A stretch of 46,756 bases of DNA from Basidiobolus ranarum (taxonomy: Eukaryota), in NCBI GenBank assembly GCA_040143965.1, contig JASJQH010000022.1, positions 1-46,756 of the forward strand, in the 5' to 3' direction. Made by a program: the position numbers and the translations under genes. Positions 1-14,329 of the stretch are shown here, piece by piece (position 1 is the stretch's first letter; every line of letters begins with the position of its first letter). Under the pieces are notes generated by a model. It was given only the letters and a program-made list of their open reading frames with translations, was not told the origin of the DNA and did not search any database.

Positions 1-787
1 TCATGGTTATTTTCAAAAGTTCAAAGGGGGAATATCCCAATTTTCAGCGGCTGAGGCCCCTATTTATTAAGAAACTGATGCTGGTATCTTGACAACTCCT
101 AGATTGTCATTGATCTTTACTATACTCAATTGGGCTCACTGATTTGATTAGCAAGCAGATAGGAAATATATTATCGGATTTCCCCCGCCCGATGACCACG
201 AGTTCCATTCATACGTTTGTTACAACTGTATGTGATAAATCTGCTTTCAAATCCGTGATGATCATCGCGGAAATTACCCAGTTGATGCAGCGGAAATGAC
301 GGATTACCTTATTAGTCAATGTTCGGTTTAGCAATCATCAATGAACGCCAGCTACCAACCAAATACTCTCATGACTTCAATGGGTCCCTCTTTTCACCAG
401 AAGCCCCCTTATTATGGAAGTTTTTCCCACACCTTTCTTAGCTACTTCTAAGACATTCAAGGTACTAAATGAGCGCATATCTGACCCTATTATTTGAGAA
501 TTTTCTCACGTAGTATTAGGTAGTACAGCCATACACACCCACACATACGAGTAAATCTGAATGTTGACAGGTTGGGCAGAGTATCCAAAGCAGGATAGAC
601 GGCATGGTGGTAGTGTAATAGAGTGGGCAAACACGCAGAGCATGTTAAGGATTACATCAATTTATTCAACATGAACGGAATTAGTATGTGTAACATTGAA
701 TGGATTGAGGGTACCCATAGAGTCTAAGAAAAGATTACAATAATATAGATAGATGCTTGGTGTTTCTACAGGATAGAGCGACACAGG

Positions 788-1819
788 CTACACTTTGCGG
801 AATCTGGCCTGAATAAAGACTCGATCAAGAACCACATCACGTTTACGATTGACGGTTTCTTTAGCAATGTATTCCACATTGACCAATTCGAATCCTTCTT
901 TGGTGAAAAGCTCGATCAGGTACTCTTTTGAGAAGTAATAAGCCATGGTTCCATCTTGACGAACATAGAAGTTGTCCTTGAGTTTGCTTCCAGGCTTGAA
1001 TCTAAGCTGCGCTTGATCGTATAGACCGTAATCACGGAAGAGAACTTGTCCGTTGGTATTTAAAACCTAGGCAAGAAAATAAGGTTGACTTGCTGTTCTT
1101 TGGATGCTCAGTATGGGTTACAACATTTACCTCGTATAGATTTTGTACAGCAAAGCTCATTTTCTCGGGGGGAATGGCTGAAAGAACAAAAATTGCTGAA
1201 ATGAAATCAACAGTACATGGTGTAATATTATCCTGAAGCTTATCCTTTGTCAAATCGCATACAAAGGCATTGCAACGTCCTTCAGCATATTGTGGGTTAT
1301 TCTATGATATATATGTATAAGTTGTCTAGTATCGTATTTGGGAAGAAATTCCAAGAATTACCTTCACAAAATCAACAGCACGTTGGGAAAAATCACACGC
1401 GTGCATAAATAGGTTTGGATTGGAGTTTAATACGGGATAAATGAAGTTTCCAACACCACAACCGACTTCTAAGCACACCTAATAAGAAAAGAGTTTAAAG
1501 GGAGAGCAAAATAGATCCTTCGAAATAAAGTGGTACCTTTTTCTCTGGGGCTTGGTCGGGATCATAACGTAATTCTTCGAATTCTCTATCGATCCAGTGA
1601 CGGTCCTTAAAGAAATTGGTGGTGTTTCTTTTGTAGAAGAGATCCCTTTAGGAAAAATAACTTTAATCCATAGTTTCGTTTAAAATTAACAGTAATTCTA
1701 TTCAATGTGTACCAATTCTTCGCAGCTTCCTTTGTATACTTATTAGCCCAAAACTCAGGGACTAGAGAATCATCTTTAGCCAATATTTCTTTGGCTTGAG
1801 CTTCTTTTTCTGCGTTCAT
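788..1819 (-). CDS. METTL6: tRNA N3-methylcytidine methyltransferase (METTL6/Trm140 family), multi-exon
   Basis: Exons read MNAEKEAQAKE...EAAKNW, FYKRNTTNFFKDRHW, LEVGCGVGNFIYP, ACDFS, AIFVLSAIPPEKM, FRDYGLYDQAQLRFK, YVRQDGTMAYYFS, RVFIQARFRKV*; GT-AG introns. Confidence 0.92.
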
Positions 1820-2017
1820 TTTAGTGATAGCTTTTCGTTTCTGGGCCAAGAGTTTTCAAGCTTACCAGGAAAGGTAAAAAAAAATCAAACTAACGAACCA
1901 ATTCTTATTTTTTGGAATTGAATATTTTAGAATGATCCACATCGATAAATGGAAATTGTGATAAAAGTCCTAAAGTCTCGATGTGAAACATTGGTACACT
2001 TGATATTCTTTAAAAAT

Positions 2018-2719
2018 ATGGAGGAGGAAGCACGTAAACGTAAAGAGCGTTTGCAGGCGCTTAGAGCAGCAAAACTCGGGGAAAATAAAGAGGAAGTAGT
2101 GAAGTACGTTATAAACTATTCTTTGTAGAACTGGAAGAGATCTGCACAGCATTAAATTAGGCTGATTTCAAGAATCTTGATGCTAATATATGTATAAATT
2201 CTTTACTTAGGCCCACATTGAAGTTCAGAAATTATGAACCCCTCAATAGTGAATTCCAGTCGTCGGTAGTCCCCGTAGAACGAGAAAAAATAGATACCGT
2301 TGAGAAAGAAGTGGAAGGACTGGCCGAAACGGTGTTAGAGGAGGAACAGAAAAAAATGAAAGAGGAACTGGTACTTTAAGAAAGCTTATTTATATAGTGT
2401 CTCATGTTTTTGTTACTCAAGTCTGGTTATATTAGGATCTCACGAATTTGGCACCCAAAAAACCCAACTGGGATCTTAAACGGGATGTTGAAAAGCAACT
2501 AAACCGTTTGGAAAGAAAGACGAAAACCAGTATTGCTGAACTCATTAGTAAGATACTTCTTTACCTATACATTGGAGTACTCCATGTTAACCTTTGGGTT
2601 GCAAATTCATTATAGGAATTCGACTTCAGGGGGATAAATCTTCTGACTTGGCTGGCGCTGTCAACGCTGTTAATGAAAAACAACAAAACAAACTAGACTC
2701 TGATGATGAAGACGTATAA
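2018..2719 (+). CDS. CWF18: Spliceosome-associated coiled-coil protein Cwf18/CCDC12, multi-exon
   Basis: MEEEARKRKERLQALR, LKFRNYEP, DLTNLAPKKPNWDLKRDVEKQLNRLERKT; absent from ORF track because exons are short. Confidence 0.9.
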
Positions 2720-2899
2720 TTGGTTGATGACAAATGGATAATTTGAAAATAAAGTATTCCTTGTGTGTATAGAGTTCTACCATAGACTGAAGCGCTTGTA
2801 TCTTAAGACTCCAATTGAGTTGACTTTTATTATCAATGGTTTGTATATTTACAATTTGGTTGAGTTAGTGTTGTCGCTGGTTTAATAATACGAGGCAGC

Positions 2900-5502
2900 T
2901 CAATCCTCTGGTGTTGAGTTTATGGTTTGACTTGTGCTCGCCCTGCCAGATTCTATAGGCGCTTGGGCAGTTTTACTAATTCGATTAGAAATATAACCGA
3001 TCCAGTCCTCAGTAGGTGCTTGAATGTTTAAGACGCAATCCTCGTACATCTCTTGAATATTAAACTCTTCCGAGACGTTATTGCCAAACAACTGGTAGTT
3101 CATCTAAGATAAGGTTAGCCACGATTCAATATACGAAATGAAGAGTGTTGATGCATACTTTAATAGAGAGTGCTAGAGTAAAAAAATATTGCTGATAGAG
3201 AGCGTTAGTAAATAGGCCACAATAATACCGGATAGATAGCAGCTCTACCTGTTTCATGCGGCTGATGTCGGCAAGATGTTTTTCCATTACGTGCTATTGT
3301 TCCAAAAGGATTACTAGGCTGTGATGATAAATATTTGTACAGTTGAACATACTTGATCTTGATCATACTCCCAATACAATGAGGAAACAGACTCCCTGTA
3401 GTCGACATCTTCGTTACCGTGGGATCGGTATAGATTAACCGAAGAGATGGCGTCCACAAGTTTTTTGGTCCTATTCTCTTGCTCTTCGAGAGAACGCCTC
3501 ATAGCTTGAAGTTTTGTATCAGAAGCAATGGTCATTTCATGGATAACCTAATGAGCATTAAACTTTAATGAGACTGAGGAGATAATCCCGCTGAAACCAT
3601 TATTACCTGCTCGAGAGATTGTATGGTAGCATTGGCGACATCTAGTTGAAGTTGAAGTTGACGAATTGACAAAGACGACTCCGACTGATGGAAAGTTAGC
3701 CAGATTGATTGTCACATCATTGAATCCAGAATGAAATTACCTTGTCTGTCCTACCACCCACATTTTCTTTGATCAGCTTTCTAATTCGGGTGTCTAAACT
3801 CAAGGAAAAGTAAATATATCGAAAGCTCACAGCAGTTACTGAGCTGCTACTACCTTTGAAGTCATATTGGAATAGATTATCAGTGAGGACTTGCTTCGGA
3901 ATAGAACCAATGGCAAATGGCCAGTATGGACCCGAGTACGAAAAAGAAACAGATAGATATGGCCCGGTTCTAAAGCCTTCCATAATTTTACCATTTCTAG
4001 GGAACAGAACAGTTAGGTTACAACATCACTAATAGAAAACTGCGTGTATTCTAGTGAACAATGATTACTTGTGAAAATAAGTCACTGTCATTTGATATCT
4101 GCCTGCTCCCAGCGTTATTTTGCCTTCCATTTCCTTGCTGTAATGCTGAAACTATAGGTGAATATAAGGACAAATAACAACCAATATGGCTGTAGCTTAC
4201 AATTCCATCATGATCCACCACTTTAGTTCCACCGATATATAAAGCACTACCATCGTTGGACTCTGTATAAAACTTGTATAAACCGTCATGGGGGACAGTA
4301 ACATAGCAACTAAACCGAACCGCAAAGTTTCCAGTGTCTAGAAGTGAATAATAAGCATCTTCCTGTATCTTTAGACTTCTAGTCAAAACTTTACAACACC
4401 TATGATATTTCTTTCTGCGCCGTATTTGTCAAAGATGTTCATCTCACTGGACTCATTAATCATCATATTCCCCACGATACCAACATTCTAGAATAGTGAA
4501 GAATAGCAGTCAATAACTGGACACTCTTTGTCAGTCCATAAATTACCTACACTTGCTACTATCGAATCAAAATCTGGGAGCTGATCAAACTCCCCTTGGT
4601 AATATTCAAAGAAAATGCCTGATTTAAATTCGTGAAAATCTGAGTCTGTAACTGAAGGAACTTCAGAGGCCCGTTTGGCGGGATCATGCTCAAACTTAAT
4701 TCTTCTAAGAAAAGACGCTGTCCCACTAGGATTCTACATTAATTCAGTATTGAGTATCAGCGCTATGAAAAACTGGAATGAAATATAAACCTCATTCGTA
4801 GAGCCATGTCCGTTTTTAGCCGCAGGGCAGGATTTTTTGTGACGTTCTAGTTCTTTGCGCACTGCTCGTTCAGAACAACCAGTATAAGGGCATTTTAAAA
4901 CACGATATTGGCATTCTACATCATAATGACGTTCGAAATGTTTTCTCTCCATAGTAATCTTGGAGCAAAACTAAAGTTAACTATCAACTCAACAATTTCA
5001 GCAACTAGAGAGTTCCTACTTGACAAGCCAGGCATTTGACGGGTAGTTTATCAACCTATATCCGGTGGCATATTAATACATGGATAGGAGAATGTGAAAT
5101 TAGTGAGATAGCATACGTCTTCTATTAAGTCTTGTTCTGGAAGAACTAAACTTTCAGAGTAGTCCTTACATACGGGGCATTTGAAAGCTTGTGGCGAATT
5201 AGGTCTGTCCCCATTATATAAATAAGAGTTCTCTTCTTCGTAAGTTTTGGTTGAAAATAACCACTGTGTTATACATTCGCGACAAAACCTAAGTTTTGAG
5301 TCCAAAGAAAAAGTAGATTGTGTATCGAACAAGGTTTAGTGCACGGAAATGAATAGAGAAAATAGATTCTCCTGAACTCTTACGTGTGTTTGCAACTAGT
5401 TTGAACAGGATCGAGAAAAGGATCAGAGCAAATAGGACATAGTAAGCTTGAATCGATAATTGAGCAGTAACAATAGAGCGTATCAAGAGGAGGATTAGTC
5501 AT
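2900..5502 (-). CDS. RING finger + TRAF-type zinc finger + PA14 domain + coiled-coil protein (probable E3 ligase), multi-exon
   Basis: MTNPPLDTLY...LLCPICSDPFLDPVQTSCKH / FCRECITQWL...CPVC (RING); HFERHYDVECQYRVLKCPYTGCS...LERHKKSC (TRAF-type zf); GIFFEYYQGEF, NFAVRFSCYVTVPHDGLYKFYTESNDGSALYIGGTKVVDHDG (PA14); LQAMRRSLEEQENRTKKL coiled coil. Confidence 0.75.
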
Positions 5503-6120
5503 ATGTTATAGTAGTAGAAGGGTCAAGGTGGTTGTGGGTTAAGAAGTTTATTACGATAATTGAGCAGACTACGGCTAGAAAAATTAAGAAATATCCATTG
5601 AAATGCGTGAAACGACACACAGTTCACATGGAATATGGTATTAATTATCTGGACATGCATATGTGGTAGGTTGTTGCTGTCACCATTATCAGGCGTTCGT
5701 TCTATATTATATATATTTATCAGGTAATTTCATCCTCATGACTGTCATAGTTGAATCATTTGTCTAGGCGCCAGATGCTTTTTGTACGAATGTTGAACGA
5801 GACGCATGAGAATGATTTGAGCCATTCCAGCGATCAGCAACAAGTGGTATATAGCAAATATGCCAGTAAAAGGAGTAGAATACAATTTACCAAATGACCT
5901 TGCTAGCTCAATATACATTTGCATATAATCATGTTTGACATCATGTTCTTCCGCAATTTTTACTAGCAAAAAGAGCCCACTGAACTATGACTCAAGAGAA
6001 CATGAAAAGATTTCAGGGTGCTACAAAATTATGGGGTAATGTTAGAAACCAGAAAATATGTGATATGCAAAACCTTCGACTACCAAGGTTCTTTTCGGAC
6101 ATTCAACACGTTATATATTC

Positions 6121-6797
6121 ATGTCGTTACTTGCCACTCTCACCCGTCAAATTGTTCCGGTGGCCTCTAGAGTGAGGTTTATGTCGACTAAGAGGTATTT
6201 ATCTTTGTACTACCTTCTCTCTCTTTGAGGATATCTCTAAATTTTCCTCGCATGTAGTCTTACCGTCAACTTTATCACTGCTGAAGGTGAAAATGTTACG
6301 GTCAAAGCCGCCGAAGGTGACAACATAATGGAAATAGCTCATCAAAATCATATCGATCTCGAAGGTAAGTTTAGATTTGAAGTATGATAGATAGATACCA
6401 TTGAAATCCTTATTGATCTTTATGTATTATAAGGTGCTTGCGAAGGATCTCTGGCATGTTCTACCTGCCATGTCGTTATCCCTGATGAATTTTATGAAAA
6501 ATTGGAGGAGCCTAGCGATGAAGAAAATGATATGTTGGATCTTGCTTTTGGTTTGACCGATACGTGAGTTTCTTATTTTTAGTACCCATGCATTCGATTC
6601 ATACTGACTTTTTCTTTTGGATAGTTCTCGTCTGGGTTGCCAGGTCATTATGACCCCTGAACTGGATGGAATTACTTGCAAGATCCCCTCTGCTACTAGA
6701 AATATGGCTGTTGACGGTATAGTGGTCAAACTCTTAATTACTTGAAGATTTGCTTTTATTGATCATTTCACTAGGTTACAAGCCCAAGCCTCACTAG
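6121..6797 (+). CDS. YAH1: Mitochondrial 2Fe-2S ferredoxin (adrenodoxin family), multi-exon
   Basis: Presequence [73 protein letters not shown]. Confidence 0.95.
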
Positions 6798-7282
6798 TAA
6801 CGTAGCTATCCTTGAACCCACAAAATTATTCCACCATACCCTTCTTTCAACGCATTCGATAACAGCCTCGCTATATAGTTGTCGCTAAAATTCTATCAAT
6901 CCTTTCCATGTATTTTTCTCACTGGAAATCTGGCCATTCCCTCCCATTTTTCTATTTTTGTCTTGCCACATCTTCACAAGAACTCATATAGAACCCCTAA
7001 AAAACCATATCATTTACACAAGTACATATCCAGTAGGCATTGCTTGTTATTCACAAGTTCTTAGAAATAAAAATGGATGTTGAAGCAAAAGATTCATCAC
7101 CGTTTCATGAGAAATATTTTAAATATTCATTTGAGCAAGTCTTTGATTCCAGTTGAATGAATTTTATTATCTCAAGTAGTAGTGATTTTTTATCAACAAC
7201 CACGTGATCTAATTGGTATACTCCTAACAAACCAGGTTTACGTTCAAATTTTACGAACCTTACCCAGTTCAATAACTACACC

Positions 7283-7795
7283 ATGGCTGATGTTATTCCT
7301 CAACCCACCAATGCTGTAGAAGAACCTTTAGATCTTGTTCGCCTTAGTTTAGATGAAAGAATTTACGTTAAAATGCGTGGAGATCGTGAGCTTCGCGGAA
7401 AACTTCACGTAAGTTTGTTTTTATGATTTTAAGCTCCATCTTTCAATCTATTCTTTATTTCTTACGATTTTAATTTTTAGGCCTATGATCAACATTTGAA
7501 CATGGTTCTTGGGGATGTTGAAGAGACTATCACCGTTGTAGAATTGAATGAGGAAACATATGAGGAGACCATTAGAGTACGTTTTACTGAGTATTATATT
7601 AGATTGCACTATACCCCAGCTAATTGCACATCACTTTTACAGACTGTTAAACACAAATCAGATATGCTCTTTGTAAGAGGAGATGGAGTTATTTTGGTAA
7701 TTATAACGCAAAAGAATTGAGTTGTTTCTTTTACTTGGTTTATTTATTGTGTATGAATTTTTTTGTAGGTTGCTCCTCCTTCCAGGGTCGATTAG
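7283..7795 (+). CDS. LSM3: U6 snRNA-associated Sm-like protein LSm3, multi-exon
   Basis: [31 protein letters not shown] / [16 protein letters not shown] / [11 protein letters not shown] / VAPPSRVD*. Confidence 0.95.
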
Positions 7796-8089
7796 AGTTC
7801 CATTTACATCATCCACAGTTTTCTTTATTTCCTAAAATTTTCCAACCATCTTGTAGTTGAAATTTCAAAGCTAAAATATACTAACTTGTAAATCTTCATA
7901 TGTCAAGAATCTTTTTATTTTTCATACAATTACTACACAGTGGGGGTATTTATACTTTAAAAGGCTAACGATGATATTTGTGTTGAGGAGGCAGTTAAAT
8001 AGTACATTAACCATTCCTTTGGCTTTTAAATCCATGGAATAACAAACTAGACAGTGGTTATGATGGTTATTGTATTACCTGAACATTTA

Positions 8090-8744
8090 CTAATTTGTAC
8101 GTTTGGTCCAAGAAAACCAAACTGCAACACCAACTGCTACTACAGCACCGACAATCCCGATACCAATAGCTCCTTCTGTAAGCAAGTAAATTCCCAGTAA
8201 AAGATTGTTTAGTTCTGAGTTGAAATATAATGAGGAAGAAAAAAAAGCTCACCTCTGGCAACTCGGCTGTTAATATACTTTTGTAGGGCTAGAACTTGAA
8301 TATTCTCCGGGACATACTTTAATAAATGTTGGTTAAAGCTTCGTGCTTCCAAATAATTTCCAAGCTTGTAATGGCCAAGTGCCAAGTAGTATAAACATTC
8401 AAGACGTCGTTCTTCTTCGTTCTCATACATTTCTATTAATCCATGAATAGTTGTGGTTTCAAAAAGGAATGACTTGTAAAATAAGTAATATTTAATTTAC
8501 CTGTGAATAAAGCTATGGCCTCTTTTTGGTCACTTCTTCTTTTGCTTCTAAGTAAACCCCAGGCCAAGTTAAACATGGTTTGTACAGAAACCTTTTCCGG
8601 ATTTTTATCATACTGCCTACGCAAAATCTTTGAGAAAGGGTTCAAAAACTTTCTCAGTTAAGTAGTAAGTCAGAAAATTATCTTTACATTCAACTCGGCG
8701 CTTGAAAGAGGGAACTGTGCATCTTCTATGGTGGGTAATTTCAT
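8090..8744 (-). CDS. FIS1: Mitochondrial fission protein Fis1, multi-exon
   Basis: MKLPTIEDAQFPLS; VQTMFNLAWGLLRS; RRLECLYYLALGHYKLGNY; C-terminal tail anchor EGAIGIGIVGAVVAVGVAVWFSWTKRTN*. Confidence 0.93.
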
Positions 8745-9001
8745 TGAGGTATATAATAGTTGGTACTTCACAAGAACAATTACTCTGAAGATTGGTAGAA
8801 ACGGGCAGAAATATTTAATTCAACAATGATGTCAAAATATTCCTGAAAATCGACAGAAGTCCCGTAAATATTATCAGGTGTTCGCTCAATTCGATAATTC
8901 TGTTTGAATTGCCAAAATAAGACATTGTGGGGATCTTCTGATTTATATATGCTTCATAGATACACCAAAAGAGCAGTACCTTCTCTTGACGAAATTCAAA
9001 T

Positions 9002-11041
9002 ATGACTGGGGCACCTGTTTATACAACTCGTGCACTTATAACTACTTCCACTTTATTTTATCTAGTCATCTTCATATATTTGCGTTGGTAAGTGAATAGC
9101 ATAATGTAGTTCTATCTCCATTTTATTTACTCTTTTTGAATCCATTTTCAGGATACCTGGATATGTGGCATATAGAGTAATCACAGTGTTATTTCCAGTG
9201 AATCTACTTTTGACTGGATATGTTTGGCGTTGGAATTCTCAACAATTCCAAGAAGTAAGCGAGGAGCAAAGTGAAAGTGAGAGTGGTGCGCTAACTAGCT
9301 CACGAGAGTATCAAAAGGGAAACTATAGTGGGAATAACGAAAGTGAAGCTGCTTCAAGCTCTGCTACCCAATCTCCTACTAAAACCCTTAGAGCAAGAAA
9401 ATCGGTTGAAGCGCCAGTTTCTCCACCAACTTCCAACAGTAGACAGACTGTTAAACCACTCAAGAGCAAGGAAGTCTCATCAATCATACTCGCTGTCAAT
9501 CTTCTGTTATCAGGGTTTCTATTCCTATCTGTGTTTCATTTTACTTTTAGAGCATATTATCTAGATATTGGCACTAAGCTAGCGTTCGCTCGAACGGGTG
9601 AGGTGTCATATGATCACGCAAAACTTTTTGTAAGGGACCCTAAGTCTACACAAGTGCGCCTTGAATATAGAGAAGTTCAAGAAGAAAACTGGAGAAAAGG
9701 ACCGGTAGCTAGTCTGTCAAAAGTCGATGACTACACTGCTACTACTGTTCTTTCAGGTTTGGAGCCATCTCGGATGTATATTTACCGATTCGTCAATTTA
9801 GAAAATGAGAGTGTTATTGATCCCGGAGTGAACAACTTTACTACCTCACCTTCCCCCGGAACCCCCTCAAAATTTAGATTTGTTGCGGGGTCCTGCATTA
9901 AGCCCAATTTCCCATACACACCATTCCGTGACATTGGGATTCCAGGATTCCAAGTGATGCGACAACACGATATGGACTTTATGATCCTTTTAGGAGATTT
10001 TATCTATGCCGGTAAATACACTATTGTAGATAATCCAAAGCCAACCTTAGATTTAAAAATGAATCGTTTGACTCTATTCTTTAGACGTTCCATATTACTT
10101 TGGTCCGCAGATCGAGGATTATAGGCGCCTCTACCGAGAGATATACGCTGACCAAGACTTCGCTAGCATCTACCGCAAAGTTCCTATATATAATACCTAC
10201 GATGATCATGAGGTATGTGGTGTGTCGCTTTGTTGCATATATATGTATTTATAACCTTATGGACTTTTCAGGTTTTAAATAACTGGAATTTCCAAGAGCG
10301 CCCACCAATGGGAAATGCTATGGTAGCATACAATGAGTATCAAGGTGTGCCCAATCCCGATCCCCTCGAGAAAGGAACCGCGTATTACACCTTTTCGTAC
10401 GGAGATACTGCTTTCTTCGTGATGGACACTCGCCGTTATCGCAGTAGCGCTTTGCTGCCTGACGATGAAAATAAGACTATGCTTGGTCCAGAGCAAATGG
10501 CCCATTTCCGGGAATGGTGTCACCAAGTCAACCAGACTGCCACCATCAAGTTCATTGTAACATCGGTTCCTTTTACTATTAACTGGGCGAATTACGACTC
10601 AACCCAGGATACCTGGCGTGGATATCAGACAGAAAGAAAGGAGATCCTTGAATTGCTTCGATATGTTCCTAACGTTTACATGATCTCTGGGGTATGACAT
10701 ATGACCAGTGGCGGATTTAACATGTAGACACTGTTATACTAACTGAATGTTCTATCCAGGATCGCCATGAGGCCGCAGTTACCGAGCTACCGTATGGTGT
10801 TATCGACTTTTCTACATCTCCAATTAACCAGTTCTATCTCCCGATCAAGACGTACCGAGAGGAAAATGGCGACAAAGAGATATATTATCAGCAAACTGGA
10901 AACATCAAATATGCGATCTTTGAAGTAGACACCACCGATCGTCAACATCCCAAAGCCAAATATTTATTGTACACCGGTGGGAGCGAGCCAGAGTTCACCT
11001 ATGATATGAATACTCAACCCATTTTCAATCCCAATTCGTAG
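9002..11041 (+). CDS. PhoD-family alkaline phosphatase/phosphodiesterase with N-terminal transmembrane segments, multi-exon
   Basis: FVAGSCIKPNFPY, FMILLGDFIYAD, TYDDHE, FFVMDTRRYRS, TMLGPEQ, DTWRGYQTER, ISGDRHE; hydrophobic N-terminal stretches. Confidence 0.88.
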
Positions 11042-11161
11042 TATTCCTGTTAAACTCCCATTTTTTCATTCTTCCGCATCGTGTAAAGTGCGAATAAACT
11101 TTTACTTACAAAATCTTCACCTATCAGACTGGGCGGGTGCAGAATTTCACTTCTTGTGCTA

Positions 11162-11173
11162 TATCACGTGATA
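11162..11173. promoter_or_regulatory. Perfect 12-bp palindrome TATCACGTGATA with E-box core (bHLH, Cbf1-like site)
   Basis: About 105 bp upstream of the ATG at 11277; another CACGTG lies at 7201 upstream of LSM3. Confidence 0.35.
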
Positions 11174-11276
11174 CGGTTTGATAATCCACAAAAAATTTTA
11201 CCGTCATAAATTTCCAATACAGCAAGTGTGGTTTAACTATCACTGAACCAACCACCATATAGTTAGCTGATAGAAA

Positions 11277-13956
11277 ATGCATGGAAACATAGCACGTATT
11301 TTGACGAGCCATGCAAGGTCGTTGGTAAGAGCCCAAGTAAATACACCTTGGTATAAAGTTTATTCGGCAACTAGCGTACGAAAATATTCGGCTTTTATTA
11401 ATGGAGGTGATAAAACGGAAGAAGTTAAAGTTACCACTTCGACAGACTCTAGCTCCGGAGAAGAGAAGGAACCTTCTAAAGGCGATAAGAAGTCCGCAAC
11501 AAAAGCGAAATCAAAAAAAGCTAAACGAGTTGTCCCACCTCGTTCGGAAATAGTGGACAAGTTAATGATTGACTTGATTGAAGTCCCCCGGGAATCTACT
11601 ATTGACGATATCAACAATGCGAAACCTCTCAACCTTAAACTTACCGAGGAAGAGCATCAAATTTTTCAAAATAGGTTCGATAAATCCTTTACCTCAACTC
11701 AGCTTAAGGAATATTGTAAAACCTACGGTATCAACAGTGGAAAATCCAAGTCTCATACAATCGAAAAAATCATGAAGTACTGGAACATTGAAAAAGTTAA
11801 AGCTCTGAGTGGTATAGAAATTGCAGAGAGTATAATTAAGAATGCTCGCAATGAGGACAATTTTACCGAAGGTACAAAGTAACATAGATCTCATGGCTGT
11901 AAGATAATGTCTGAACTCTTGTTTTTTTACTTGTAGTGTTTGATTCCAACCGTAGAGACCTCTTTTTTATCATTGGACATGGTTCGTATTTTCAAGCATG
12001 TTAACGAAAAAGACTGGTTATTGATGGGCATCTCTTACCACCCAATTTAGATGGCGATACTATCAGACAATTGGAGCTCGAAGGCAACGTAGTTATTGGA
12101 ATCGATCTAGAGAATGAGCGCTATACCATCAAGGGCCAAGACGCCTCTGTTGATAAAATCAAGTATAGAATCAAGCAGATGCTGGTAAGCATACACGTTG
12201 TTTGACTATTACCTTTACCAACATTCTGACATGAATACTATCTAGAACTATGTTGAAGAAACATTGGACATCGAAGATACCTCCTCAGAAGAGTTCCTTA
12301 CTAAAAATTTGCCGGTTATATCTGAGATTTCCAAACTCTCTAATACCTATATGGTGGTTGATGATGATAAGAAAGTAAGTGTGTTCAAATTCCTCATCTA
12401 CTTTAACATTCCTTTATTAACTCACGTGCCAAGTTGCATATTTCTGGTCTATCTGATTCTGACTTGCGTAGGGCGCGGCTTTTATTGAGTTCAGTGTGGT
12501 CTAAGGTAAGCATTCTTTTACATAGGCAACACTTGATGCTATACTTATTATCTCCAATAGCCCGATGAGCATCATTCTTCCGGGCTATTTTATCATGGGC
12601 CCGCGGGAAGTAAGCCTATCTTGAATTTCTTCCCGCTTCATGATCCACAGTCCATGTCACTCTACCATAAGAGTTTAAATTGTTTCCGTGTGGGTCCGGC
12701 GGTTTCTTCGGTAGCGTTTAATAATTCAATGTCGGCGGTAACTGTATTTTTGTCTAATCTATACAATTTAAGGCGGTCAAGGAAGGTTCTGCTCGTCTGG
12801 AAGATGCAACTGCTCATATCGCAGGCGATGACCCGTGAGCCCTTTTTTACGTAATTGTCCAGTCATCATAGTCCTAACTTGTCCTTTCTAGAGCATCATC
12901 TGTCAGAAAAGCAGAGTTCGCTGACAAACTCCTAAATACCGATGTAGATGCCTCACAAATCGATTTCAGAGCTCGGTAAGTTAACAATTCCAATAGAGCT
13001 TCATAGAGTAACTCATTAAGTTGTTTCATAGTTTTGGACACGTGATGTTCTTCGATAAGTATTTGTTGAATCAGCCAGGCCTCTTCACAGCTCCAAGAAT
13101 CGAATCTATGTGCCAAGAACAACTCAAACAATGGCTAGACAAATCAAAATACAACTGGTCATTCTTCCCTAGCTACCCAGCCTCTAGCTTGTCCAAAGGA
13201 TTGGTTCCAATCACCCGTAAACAATTTTATGAGGTAGATTATAAGCCAGCTAATCAGGTGTACAAGAACATCACTGGTGGCTCAGTTTCAAGCATCAGGG
13301 CATTGTTCCAAATACTGACGGATCAAATTGAATTGGAAAATGTTTTGAAAGTTACATCCCGCAAATCAGCAGACATCATTGTTCCTGAGGGGTACGTGCT
13401 CAATTTCTCTCTACTTCAACATGCATTGTGTACTCACTTTTGGACTATAGCAAAGCCGACGTACAATTCCGGGCCACCGCCTACCATGAATTAAGTTCCC
13501 CTAATGTCTACGACGAACTTAAAAGACATCTGGATTCTTCAGCGTAAGCTATCATTTAATGACAGAAACTGAAGCAGAGACCCTAATTGAATTCCTATCT
13601 AGAAGCTCATTATGCTGCCCCAAGGACTTGCTACTTGAAACCAGCTCGGCAAAATTCAACCTTGCAGAAGTCACCTTGAGATCTTCCAATATCTATGATT
13701 ACAATGGCCTCACTCTATTGATTGACCACATCGCACGACAGAACAGCGGAGAGATTAGAACTGAAGTCTCGGTAAGCACAGATACTCCCCACGTGATGTG
13801 TATTGAAAGAGAAGCTAACCTTTGTCTCCTTAGTTAATCCCCCTTTCTGTCGATGAATACGCAGTCAGCACTTCTGATATCCCTTCTACCATCCACCAGG
13901 TTAAGAGCAATTGGGAAACTTTCATGTTCAACACTTTCAAAATTCTCAATCACTAG
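11277..13956 (+). CDS. Mitochondrial inner-membrane protein, SLS1-like (KH-like domain), multi-exon
   Basis: Presequence-like N-terminus (MHGNIARILTSHARSLVR); FTSTQLKEYC..KSKSHTIEKIMKYWNI; KH-like LFFIIGHDGDTIRQL; FHSFGHVMF; ends FMFNTFKILNH*. Confidence 0.6.
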
Positions 13957-14329
13957 TAATCGAGTTTCCCATTATGTATCATGTATTTTTGTTCAAATAA
14001 TAGAAACTGTCTGCATATATGCACATGTACACCTAAAATCAAATAAACTCATCGATGATTCCTCGGATAGATGACATCACTGATCCGAAACTGATGATTC
14101 GCATATATTCTTTGCATATGATTCAGATTCATGCTGGATGTTCACCGACATCGCGAACATCCCCTTGGAACCAGATAAGCGGATGCTTGACTGGTCGCAG
14201 TCTTCCAGAAACTCTTGGCTGTTTTAAATGAATCACCTTCCTGAGAGAATTGGCTATAAAAGGCAAATACATAGTTGCATCCTCCATCCCTTGAAAGCAT
14301 AACCCAACACATATAACTTAATTATCACC

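Noticed and set aside
1-10. Possible minus-strand start codon (ATAACC ATG) running off the window
   Set aside because: Only four coding bases would be visible; cannot be supported
5745-6102. Small minus-strand gene upstream of YAH1
   Set aside because: Intron-like signals exist, but every joining frame I tried contains a stop, and it would start about 20 bp from the YAH1 ATG
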